NCBI GenBank assembly: GCA_046095085.1
Contig: JBJTIQ010000046.1
Coordinates: 1-38,592, forward strand
Direction: 5' to 3'
Length of the DNA: 38,592 bases
Source of the DNA: Actinomycetota bacterium
GTDB lineage: Bacteria; Actinomycetota; Actinomycetes; S36-B12
Under the pieces are notes generated by a model. It made no database searches. It was not told the DNA's origin and saw nothing but the letters and a program-made list of their open reading frames with translations. The position numbers were made by a program, and so were the translations under genes. Positions 1-7,812 of this stretch are shown in pieces. Position 1 is the stretch's first letter, and each line of letters opens with the position of its first letter.

Positions 1-333
1 GGCCTGCTCCCCCTCGTCGCCACCTGCGATCGGTGGGATATCGGCGGGGTCTCCACTCCCCTGCATCCCGACACGGGTCGCTGCACGGTCATGGTCTACG
101 ACGGCCACCCAGGCGGGGCGGGCTTCGCCGATCGCGGATTCGAGACCGCCGCCGCATGGCTAGCTGCCACCCGCGCCGCCATCGCCGAGTGCTCGTGCGA
201 CTCAGGCTGCCCATCGTGCGTGCAGTCGCCAAAGTGCGGCAACGGCAACGAGCCCCTCGACAAGTCCGGTGCCGTGCGCATGCTCGATGCGCTGCTCCTC
301 GCTACGCCGGACCCGCCCGAGATGACGCGCTGA
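1..333 (+). CDS. DEAD/DEAH-box helicase, C-terminal DUF1998 (MrfA / Rv3649-like) domain; 5'-partial
   Basis: Frame 1 is open from base 1 (GLLPLVATCDRWDIGGVSTPLHPDTG...) to TGA at 331-333. The four-Cys cluster CSCDSGCPSCVQSPKCGNGN is typical of DUF1998 zinc-binding helicase C-termini found next to actinobacterial tad-like loci. Confidence 0.75.
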   Translation, partial: GLLPLVATCDRWDIGGVSTPLHPDTGRCTVMVYDGHPGGAGFADRGFETAAAWLAATRAAIAECSCDSGCPSCVQSPKCGNGNEPLDKSGAVRMLDALLLATPDPPEMTR

Positions 334-628
334 CCGTGGGCAGCGACCAGGGGCCGAGCGTGCCGGCCGGGTGCACGGAGACCCGCACGACCGCGTCGCC
401 TCCGACGAATTCGCACGCATCGAGGTTGACGTGGTTGGCCCGTGCGACGACGCCGCCCGACGGGCACCCGGCTCGGGCTGTCGCTAGCGCAACAAGGTCG
501 GCGGCAATCGCGGCTCGCTGACGCGCAGTCGACACCGAGACCAGTGCCCAACATGCCGAGCCGCCAAACAGGAGCAGCGTGACCATGACGATGCCGAGCA
601 CGGTGCCCGAACCACGATCTGCCCTCAT
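302..628 (-). CDS. TadE-like pseudopilin (Rv3654c family, helicase/secretion-neighbourhood type)
   Basis: 108-aa ORF with the N-terminal hydrophobic segment MRADRGSGTVLGIVMVTLLLFGG. ATG at 628 overlaps the upstream stop (ATGA 625-628). Its 3' end overlaps the convergent helicase 3' end by 32 nt. Confidence 0.65.
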   Translation of the reverse strand: MRADRGSGTVLGIVMVTLLLFGGSACWALVSVSTARQRAAIAADLVALATARAGCPSGGVVARANHVNLDACEFVGGDAVVRVSVHPAGTLGPWSLPTVSASSRAGPA

Positions 629-960
629 GGCACCGTGACGGATTCGACGAGTGCCGTGGCCTCCGCGGTCACGTCGATGGTCATCCCACCGAGCATCGGC
701 AGCGGGGCACCCATCGGCTGGACGACAACAGCGCGGGCAAGGCCGCCGTCGACAGACACGCTGAGTCCTTCGACGGCCGGCATCGTCACCCCGCGGGCGG
801 CCTGTCGCGCCGCGGTCTGGGCGACGTCAAGGGCACGGACATAGGCCGCGCCCAGCGACGCCACCCAGACCAGGGCGACGGTGACGGCCAGGAGGATCGG
901 GATAGCGAGGGCTGTCTCCAGCAGAACGCTTCCTCTGTCAGCCATCCTCCGCAGCCGCAT
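625..960 (-). CDS. TadE family pilus-assembly protein
   Basis: ORF 625-1230 trimmed to ATG at 960. MRLRRMADRGSVLLETALAIPILLAVTVALVWV matches the TadE N-terminal motif. The untrimmed N-terminus would overlap the flp-like gene in another frame. Confidence 0.65.
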   Translation of the reverse strand: MRLRRMADRGSVLLETALAIPILLAVTVALVWVASLGAAYVRALDVAQTAARQAARGVTMPAVEGLSVSVDGGLARAVVVQPMGAPLPMLGGMTIDVTAEATALVESVTVP

Positions 961-962
961 GA

Positions 963-1172
963 CTAGCCCCCGACGAAGACCGAGAGGGCGCGGGTGATGA
1001 GCGACCAGATGAGATTGCGGGCCTCCTCGCTCGTCAGGATCTTGATCAGAAGCCCGCCAAGGCCGGCCACCGCGACGGTGCCGACCGCGTATTCGGCCGT
1101 CGTCATGCCGGCGTCCTCGCGAGCGAGTCGCTGGAGCGAGCGCACCCGGGTGCGTGCGATGAGGTAGTGCAT
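963..1172 (-). CDS. Flp-type prepilin (DUF4244 / Rv3656c-like)
   Basis: 69 aa. A basic leader MHYLIARTRVRSLQRLAREDAG is followed by MTTAEYAVGTVAVAGLGGLLIKIL (Flp G/xxxxEY processing motif plus a hydrophobic helix). AGGAGG lies 5 nt upstream of ATG 1172. Confidence 0.7.
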   Translation of the reverse strand: MHYLIARTRVRSLQRLAREDAGMTTAEYAVGTVAVAGLGGLLIKILTSEEARNLIWSLITRALSVFVGG

Positions 1173-1329
1173 GGAGCCTCCTAATCCGGCGAACGGCCGG
1201 GACGTGCGCTCCGATGGAGCACGGGCTCACCGTCGTCGCGACGCACGGCCGGTGGGAGGGATCGACTGCTGACTGTGGATGGACCTCTGCAACCGGCCTT
1301 GGGGACGGTTGCCTGCCTAAGGTGGCGGC

Positions 1330-2367
1330 ATGCGGCAGATGGCACTCCTAATGAGCGCCATGGCCCTGGTGGGTGTCTGCGCCGCACCGGCAGCGTCGGC
1401 CAACGACTCCGTGGTGTGCCGCATCGCAGATGAGCGCCTCACTGAGATCAGCGGGCTGGCCTACTCCCCCACCTTCGACGGAATCATCTGGACCCACAAT
1501 GACTCGGGCGGCGGTCCCAAGCTCTACGCCTTGGATTCGGGCACCTGCGAGACGGTGGCGGTCCTCACCCTGCGCGGACTGCCCGCCAAGGACTTCGAGG
1601 CCATGGCGGCCGGCGTCAACGTGATGGGTGAACGTGTGCTGTGGGTAGCCGACATCGGCGACAACACCGCCTCGCGCGCAACGGTCTCCATCTATGAGGT
1701 GCGCGAGCCGAAGACTCTGCGCAGCTCGATCGTTAACGCGACCCGATACGCCGTGCGCTATTCGACCCCGCAGGACGCTGAGGCGCTCGTCGCGGACCCG
1801 GGCATCGATCAACTCTGGATCATCTCGAAGGGGCTGCTCGGCGGATCGGTCTTCGAGCTGCCGCGCCCGCTGTGGCCACGAGGAGTGACATCGCTGCGCA
1901 AGATCGGAGAGGAACGTGGCTTTGTTACTGACGCCGCGATGGCGCCCGACGGGTCGCGCTATGCGGTGCGCGACTACACCAACGTGCGCATTTATCGCGG
2001 CCAGCCGCCGGGCAAGCTCATCGCCGACCTCGTGCTGCCCGAGCAGGTGCAGGGCGAGGCGCTGACCTGGACACCGGACGGCCGCGCGCTCCTGGTCGCC
2101 AGCGAGTCGGACGACCGACTGCTGCGCGTTGACCTGCCGCAGGACGCCTGGATGAGGTCCGCGCTACCCGACTCACCACAGCAGCCGGTGGCCGCCGAAT
2201 CCGCTGCCGGTAGTCCGGTGAACGCCGCCGTGGTCCCCGCTGACCGCGTCGGGACGCTCGCCGTGATCGCACTTGCAGTCGGAGCCGGTGTATTCGTCAT
2301 CGCCTGCCTGGTCGTTGCGATCGCCGCCGCCGTACGTCGACGCCGCGAGGAGCACGTCGCCGACTAG
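1330..2367 (+). CDS. Secreted, C-terminally membrane-anchored hypothetical protein (possible beta-propeller, SdiA-regulated/phytase-like fold)
   Basis: 345 aa. Signal peptide MRQMALLMSAMALVGVCAAPAASA. Repeated strand-like motifs are present (ISGLAYSP..WTHNDSGG, VLWVADIGDN, LWIISKG, APDGSRYAVRDY, LTWTPDGRALLVASE). The C-terminal TM helix LAVIALAVGAGVFVIACLVVAIAAAV is followed by RRRREE, with no LPXTG. The fold assignment is only a resemblance judged by eye. Confidence 0.55.
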   Translation: MRQMALLMSAMALVGVCAAPAASANDSVVCRIADERLTEISGLAYSPTFDGIIWTHNDSGGGPKLYALDSGTCETVAVLTLRGLPAKDFEAMAAGVNVMGERVLWVADIGDNTASRATVSIYEVREPKTLRSSIVNATRYAVRYSTPQDAEALVADPGIDQLWIISKGLLGGSVFELPRPLWPRGVTSLRKIGEERGFVTDAAMAPDGSRYAVRDYTNVRIYRGQPPGKLIADLVLPEQVQGEALTWTPDGRALLVASESDDRLLRVDLPQDAWMRSALPDSPQQPVAAESAAGSPVNAAVVPADRVGTLAVIALAVGAGVFVIACLVVAIAAAVRRRREEHVAD

Positions 2368-3083
2368 GGGAGGCCGCCGGTGGTCAGGGGCAGCGCGAGA
2401 GACACCACGACCGGGACGATCCCCAGCAGGAGGAATGCCGGGAGGAAGCAGGCGGCCAACGGGCCCACAGCCTTGACGCCGCTGGCGCGCGCTGCAGCAT
2501 CAGCGCGCGCGCGTTGCGCGCGGCGCATGTCGCCCGCGGCATCGCGTAGGAGATCACTCAGTGGGGCACCGCTCTCGCTTGACCGCGCAGCGGCAAGCGC
2601 TATGGGTGACAGGGCTGTCTCCTGCGCCATCGCCTGCCACGCGATCGCCGGATCGGTGCCGAGGTCGAGAGAACTCACGAGCAGGCGCAGGGGCGCTGCG
2701 ACGGGCTCCCCCATGGCCTCGGCAACGGCCGACATGGACGCCGGAAGCGGTGCGCCCGATGCCAGGCAGGCGGCCAGCAGGTCGGCTGCCGATGCAGACT
2801 GGCGCGCGATGGCGGCCTTACGCGCGCGCAACGCACGCGGCTCCAGCCGGCCCAGGCCCAGCGGGAGGAGCAGGGCGATGAGCACGCCGACGGCGAGACC
2901 GACGAAGCCTCCCCACGCAACGGCGAACACCAGGCCCAGCGCGACCGAGACAGCGCGAAGCACGTGCGGATCCGACAGGCCGGGGCGGCGAGTCACGCGG
3001 GCGCGACGCGAGGTGGCGACGACGGGCTTCCTGACGGCAAGGCCAGCGGCCAGTGCGGCGCAGCATGCGACGACGAGAATCAC
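2364..3083 (-). CDS. Type II secretion system F-domain protein (TadC-like)
   Basis: T2SSF-type C-terminal region (GVKAVGPLAACFLPAFLLLGIVPVVV). ORF 2364-3194 trimmed to GTG at 3083, which overlaps the TadB-like stop (GTGA 3080-3083). ATG at 3122 is an alternative start. Confidence 0.6.
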   Translation of the reverse strand: MILVVACCAALAAGLAVRKPVVATSRRARVTRRPGLSDPHVLRAVSVALGLVFAVAWGGFVGLAVGVLIALLLPLGLGRLEPRALRARKAAIARQSASAADLLAACLASGAPLPASMSAVAEAMGEPVAAPLRLLVSSLDLGTDPAIAWQAMAQETALSPIALAAARSSESGAPLSDLLRDAAGDMRRAQRARADAAARASGVKAVGPLAACFLPAFLLLGIVPVVVSLALPLTTGGLP

Positions 3084-3772
3084 AGCAGGGCTTCCACGCG
3101 GGCTGCGATGCGCGAGGTCCATAGCAGGCCCAGAATGGTCAGTCCGATGCCGCAGGCAAGGCAACCGAATCCGAGGGGTGTGCCCAGGAGCCATGCCAGC
3201 GGATCGCCGCCCATCGCGATTCCGAGGATGAGGCCCAGTACCGGCAACCCAGCCAGCATGCGTGCGGTGGCCCGTGGAGCGGCAAGGTGAGCGGCAAGTT
3301 GAGTCCGAACCTCGTCATCCTCACGATCGGCGGAAACCGCGCGGCGCAGCGATTCGGCAAGCCCGGCCCCGGTGCCATGGGCGACGCTCCAGCATGCCGA
3401 GACGGCAAGGAGCAGCCCGCAGCCGGGCATCCGTGCGTCGGCCCGCAATGCCTCGACAACGTCGCCTCCCCAGGCGATTGCCGCGCGCGAGCGAGGTGCG
3501 AGATCGTCACGGGCGAATGCGCGCTCCAGGGCACGGGTCGCGGAGTGTCCGGCAGAGAGTTCGGCCGCCATCGCGGCCACCGCATCGCGAGCGATCTCGC
3601 GCCTGCGCTGTAGGGAGCGCCTGGTGGTCAGGCGCCCGCGCAGACGGCTCACCAGGTCGACGGCGAGCGACGTGCGGGCGGTGGCGGCGACGTGGTGTCT
3701 GCGCCAGACATGTTGGCGGACGAAGAGCGCAGCCGACAGGGCGGCGAGGCCGGCGATGACGAGGGCGGTCAA
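3080..3772 (-). CDS. Type II secretion system F-domain protein (TadB-like)
   Basis: 230 aa with an N-terminal TM segment plus a C-terminal T2SSF membrane domain (ARMLAGLPVLGLILGIAMGG...). The first in-frame start is TTG at 3772, overlapping the TadA stop (TTGA 3769-3772). Confidence 0.6.
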   Translation of the reverse strand: MTALVIAGLAALSAALFVRQHVWRRHHVAATARTSLAVDLVSRLRGRLTTRRSLQRRREIARDAVAAMAAELSAGHSATRALERAFARDDLAPRSRAAIAWGGDVVEALRADARMPGCGLLLAVSACWSVAHGTGAGLAESLRRAVSADREDDEVRTQLAAHLAAPRATARMLAGLPVLGLILGIAMGGDPLAWLLGTPLGFGCLACGIGLTILGLLWTSRIAARVEALL

Positions 3773-4947
3773 CGCGTATTCCCTCTCATTGGAATGTCGG
3801 CACCGCGCGCAGTCAGCCGAGCCGCGAGGTCAACTAGCCCTGGGCCCGCCACTTCGCCCTTGGCCGACCACGCCAGCGCCGGCACGGCAGTAATGAAGGG
3901 ACCGTCGGTCCTGACGACGTGCACGCCCGAGACGCGGCGACCGACGGGCGTGCGATCCACGTGGATGACGACGTCGAGCCCCGCGGCCGCTAGGGCATGC
4001 ACCGCGTCGCGCGGCAGGCCGGCCATGAGACCCAGGGCCTCGATGCGTGCGGGCAGGTCACCCGGGGAATTGGCATGGACGGTGCCGCAGCCTCCCTCGT
4101 GGCCGGTGTTGAGCGCCGCCAGGAGGTCGACGACCTCGGCGCCCCGGACCTCGCCCACGACCACCCGATCAGGGCGCATGCGCAGTGCCTGTCGGACCAG
4201 ATCGCGCAGCGTCACCTGACCCGCGCCCTCGAGGTTGGCCGGTCGCGCTTCGAGAGTGACGACATGGGGGTGGTCTGGGCGGAGCTCAGCTGAGTCCTCC
4301 ACGATCAGGATGCGCTGGTCAGGCCGAATGCGGGCGAGGATCGAGCCGAGGATGGTCGTCTTGCCGGAGCCGGTCGCGCCAGTGACCAGGAACGACAGCC
4401 GCGCGCGCACGATGGCATCGATCCAGTCGGCTCCGCTCGAGGTGAGGGTGCCTGTGGCGACGAGTTCGTCAAAGGTGAAGGAGGCACGCCTCGGGACGCG
4501 CAGTGAGATCACCGCACCGCGAGGGCAGATGGGTGGCAGGACCGCGTGCAGGCGCACCCCCTCGGGCATGCGCGCATCCACGAACGGGGTCGCTTCATCG
4601 ATGCGACGCCCGGCCCTTGCCGCGAGGCGTTGGGCCAGCCGGATCGCCTGGGGCGCCGCCAGGTGGAGCCCGTTGACCTGTTGCAGCCCCGCGCCACGGT
4701 CGACCCAGACATCGCCGCCGGCGTTGACCAGCACATCAGTGACCGCGGCGTCACGAATCAACGACTGGAGCGGGCCGAGTCCGCGAAGATCATCGTGCAA
4801 TGCGGCCACTAGCGGGAGGAGGCCGTCGGAGCCGAGTACGACTCCCTCTGCGCGCAGGGCGTCGGCAACGGCGGACGCGCGAATCGACCGTGCGTCACCC
4901 GAGTCGACCAGGCGCCCACGGACTCGATCGAGAAGAGGCGCGGTCAT
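3769..4947 (-). CDS. CpaF/TadA-family secretion ATPase (Rv3659c-like)
   Basis: Walker A GATGSGKTT, Walker B/Asp box ILIVEDSAELR, His box TGHEGGCGTVHANS. ORF 3769-5073 trimmed to ATG 4947, which overlaps the upstream stop (ATGA 4944-4947). Confidence 0.85.
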   Translation of the reverse strand: MTAPLLDRVRGRLVDSGDARSIRASAVADALRAEGVVLGSDGLLPLVAALHDDLRGLGPLQSLIRDAAVTDVLVNAGGDVWVDRGAGLQQVNGLHLAAPQAIRLAQRLAARAGRRIDEATPFVDARMPEGVRLHAVLPPICPRGAVISLRVPRRASFTFDELVATGTLTSSGADWIDAIVRARLSFLVTGATGSGKTTILGSILARIRPDQRILIVEDSAELRPDHPHVVTLEARPANLEGAGQVTLRDLVRQALRMRPDRVVVGEVRGAEVVDLLAALNTGHEGGCGTVHANSPGDLPARIEALGLMAGLPRDAVHALAAAGLDVVIHVDRTPVGRRVSGVHVVRTDGPFITAVPALAWSAKGEVAGPGLVDLAARLTARGADIPMRGNTR

Positions 4948-6002
4948 GGCAGGGGCCTTGGGGCATCGTCGGCATGGAGTAGATGGAGCACGGGCTGGGT
5001 GACGGAGCGCCACGAGCGAGACCGAGCGAGCCCCGACGAATCCCCTCGGGCGAGTGCGCGATCGTGGCGCCACTCTGCCACGACCGGCACTCCAAGGGCG
5101 TCGGCGACGTCAAGGCCATGAAGCACCGACTCGCGGCCGCGGCGGAAGACCACCGCCGTGCGGCATCCGGCCGAGTGCAGGGCCTCGACGAGGGCGCGGG
5201 CGGCGGGGAGCGCGGAAGGATCATCGGCGACCACGACAACGACCAGGTCACTGCGTGCCCACACCAGTCGCGACACCGGATCGAGTGAGCGCGGGCCATC
5301 GATCACGACGAGTCCCCCGCCCCGGACAGCGGCATCGACGACGGCAGCGCAGGAGTCGATGGGGATGGGCCCGGGGTCCGCGCCGGTCGAGGAGATCACG
5401 GCGAGGTTGCGATCGCATGGAAGGGCACCGCGCAAGGCGGAGGGGGATAGTCGGCCCGAGACCGCAGCGAGATCGGGCCACCGCACGCCCGGCACGTCGT
5501 GCAGATCAGCACGGAGGTCTATGCCACCGCTGAGCGGATCTACGTCGATGAGGAGCGCGTCGCCGGAGTATGCGCGCGCCAGCAGCGTGGCGTAGGACGT
5601 CGCTCCCGCACCGCCGCGCCCGGCAACGACAGTGACCACCCGCGCGGGCGGGCCGGTCGTGTCGCTGAGCTCGCTCAGCCGCTCCGCCAGCCATCGATCA
5701 GCCTCGGGAAGAGCGGCCACGTGCTCCGCTCCAACGGCGACGGCCCCGCGCCAAATGGCCGGGTCGTCGCCGTCTGCCGACCGGGCGACCACGATGACGC
5801 CGGGGCGCCTCGGCCATCCGAGGGACGCAACTCGCGGGAGCGCATCCGCCCCCGCCAGGATCACTGGCGCGCAGGCCCACCTCGCTGCGGCATCGGGGCC
5901 CGTGTCGCAGGTGTAGAGGTCGGTGCCTGCTGCGCTGGCTACGCGGAGGACCTCGTCGAGCAGGAGGTCGTCGGTCGTGAGGAGTAGGGGGAGTGTCGGC
6001 AT
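4944..6002 (-). CDS. CpaE/ParA-like protein with pseudo-receiver N-domain (Ssd / Rv3660c-like)
   Basis: ParA/MinD-like core with a degenerate P-loop VVAGRGGAGATS (5595-5621). The N-terminal PLLLTTDDLLLDEVLR region is receiver-like. Start taken at ATG 6002; the longer ORF start at 6077 is possible. Confidence 0.65.
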   Translation of the reverse strand: MPTLPLLLTTDDLLLDEVLRVASAAGTDLYTCDTGPDAAARWACAPVILAGADALPRVASLGWPRRPGVIVVARSADGDDPAIWRGAVAVGAEHVAALPEADRWLAERLSELSDTTGPPARVVTVVAGRGGAGATSYATLLARAYSGDALLIDVDPLSGGIDLRADLHDVPGVRWPDLAAVSGRLSPSALRGALPCDRNLAVISSTGADPGPIPIDSCAAVVDAAVRGGGLVVIDGPRSLDPVSRLVWARSDLVVVVVADDPSALPAARALVEALHSAGCRTAVVFRRGRESVLHGLDVADALGVPVVAEWRHDRALARGDSSGLARSRSWRSVTQPVLHLLHADDAPRPLP

Positions 6003-6112
6003 GCGCCCAGGCTGTGGGCGCCCCGCTTCAGTGGCGAGACGGCCAGGGCAGATGTGGACAGGGCGGATCGCTCGCACATGTGGATACGTGAGGGCGCGGG
6101 TACTGTGAGCGG

Positions 6113-6898
6113 GTGACGCGGGCCGCGGCCTTCTTCGATCTCGACAAGACGATCCTGGCCACGTCGAGTGCCCTCGCCTTCACCCGACCCTTCTACCGCG
6201 GCGGCCTCATCAGCCGCTCCGACGTGGTGCGCAGCGCCTACGCCCAGTTCATCTTCCTGGCATCCGGGGCCGACCACGATCAGATGGAGACCATGCGCAG
6301 GTACATGTCGTCTCTCGTGACCGGGTGGGACGTCGCCAAAGTGCGAGAGATAGTGGGCGAGACCCTCGACCAGATCATCGACCCCGCGATCTACGACGAG
6401 GCCGTGCTGCTCATCGACGAGCATCGGGCCTGGGGACGAGACATCATCATCATCTCTTCCTCCGGCACCGAGGTGGTGGAGCCGATCGGCGAGCGACTCG
6501 GAGTGGATCTCGCCGTCGGCACTCAGCTCGAGGTCGTCGATGGCCGCTACTCTGGCGAGATCCTCTTCTACGCGTATGGAGAGGGCAAGGCCCAGGCAAT
6601 GCGTGATCTCGCGGCTGAGCGCGGCTACGACCTTGCCACGTCATACGCCTACACCGACTCCATCACCGATCTGCCCATGCTCGAGGCCGTTGGAAACCCC
6701 ACCGCGGTCAACCCGGATTCTGAACTCCGCCGACTCGCCACGGAGCGTGGATGGCCCGTTCTCGACTTCCGTCGACCTGTCGCCATGCGCCAGCGGATAC
6801 CTCCCGAGAGACGACGCGCCCTGGCCGTCGTCGGCGCCGGGACAGCCGTCACCGTCGTGGCGCTGGGACTCGCGTGGTATGTCCGACGGCGGCGATGA
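6113..6898 (+). CDS. HAD-IB family hydrolase (SerB-like, Rv3661-like) with C-terminal TM segment
   Basis: Motif I FFDLDKTIL, motif with SSSG, and a late YTDSITDLPML motif. C-terminal hydrophobic segment ALAVVGAGTAVTVVALGLAWYV. GTG start at 6113. Confidence 0.8.
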   Translation: MTRAAAFFDLDKTILATSSALAFTRPFYRGGLISRSDVVRSAYAQFIFLASGADHDQMETMRRYMSSLVTGWDVAKVREIVGETLDQIIDPAIYDEAVLLIDEHRAWGRDIIIISSSGTEVVEPIGERLGVDLAVGTQLEVVDGRYSGEILFYAYGEGKAQAMRDLAAERGYDLATSYAYTDSITDLPMLEAVGNPTAVNPDSELRRLATERGWPVLDFRRPVAMRQRIPPERRRALAVVGAGTAVTVVALGLAWYVRRRR

Positions 6899-7812
6899 CG
6901 GACGCCATGGAGATCATCGAGCAGGGCGAAGAGTCTCGGAGCCGCGGTGGTCGCATCGCCCTTGTGGTGGCGGCGATCATCGGAGCGGCCGCCCTCGCCG
7001 GTGTCGCCGTCCTGCTGCTCGTGCGTTCGAGCACCACGCCCACTCTCGCCGTCGTCGGCATCCAGCAGGTCGAATCGGTCGGCGTCGAGCCCAACGCCGA
7101 GGACTCCTCCTGGGAGGGCAAGTTGGGCATGCCGTCGGGCGCCACACTGCCGGGAGCGGTGGTTCGCGTGACAGTCAGTGGCGACCCGCGATCCTCGATT
7201 CGCGTGCAGCCGGCCGCATCCTCCGGAGCGCTGCATATCGAGGGTCGTGAAGAAGTGGAGGTGCCGGCCGGCGGGTCCACCGAGCTCACAATGACGATTA
7301 CCCCCACGGATTGCACGGCCACGCTGACACCCAACGGTCTCGACGAGGCCGGCTATCGCTGGCGCAAGCCCGCCGGCGTGCAGGTGGTGGAGGACCTCAA
7401 CGGCACGGCACTGCGCCTCTCCGGCGATGCGCGAGCGGCCCTCGAGCAGATCCTGGCCGCCCTTTGCGAACCCGCAGGGGCGCCTCCGACACTCACCTTC
7501 ATCGATGCACGCCTCAACGGCACCTACCGCGAGCAGATTCTTGACATCACCGCACGCGTCGGTACCTCCGCCGACCGCGCACTCACACATCCACTCGACG
7601 GTCCCGCATTGCGAGGCATCGGTGCCTTCGAGAGGCCCGGTGACCCGGTGGTCACGTTGATGTGGCGGGTTGCACCGCTGGGCGAGCAATCCGACGGCGT
7701 ACTCGACGCCTACGTGCGCGTCATCACGGTGACCGGGGATACGGCGTATCCCTGGGTCGTGCGCATAGTCCCCCCTGCCGACCTGCGGCCTGCCTCGTCA
7801 AGCTCGAGCTGA
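6895..7812 (+). CDS. Hypothetical N-terminally membrane-anchored protein
   Basis: ORF 6751-7812 trimmed to ATG 6895, which overlaps the HAD stop (ATGA 6895-6898). TM helix IALVVAAIIGAAALAGVAVLLLV is followed by about 270 aa with no motif I recognise. Confidence 0.5.
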   Translation: MTDAMEIIEQGEESRSRGGRIALVVAAIIGAAALAGVAVLLLVRSSTTPTLAVVGIQQVESVGVEPNAEDSSWEGKLGMPSGATLPGAVVRVTVSGDPRSSIRVQPAASSGALHIEGREEVEVPAGGSTELTMTITPTDCTATLTPNGLDEAGYRWRKPAGVQVVEDLNGTALRLSGDARAALEQILAALCEPAGAPPTLTFIDARLNGTYREQILDITARVGTSADRALTHPLDGPALRGIGAFERPGDPVVTLMWRVAPLGEQSDGVLDAYVRVITVTGDTAYPWVVRIVPPADLRPASSSSS

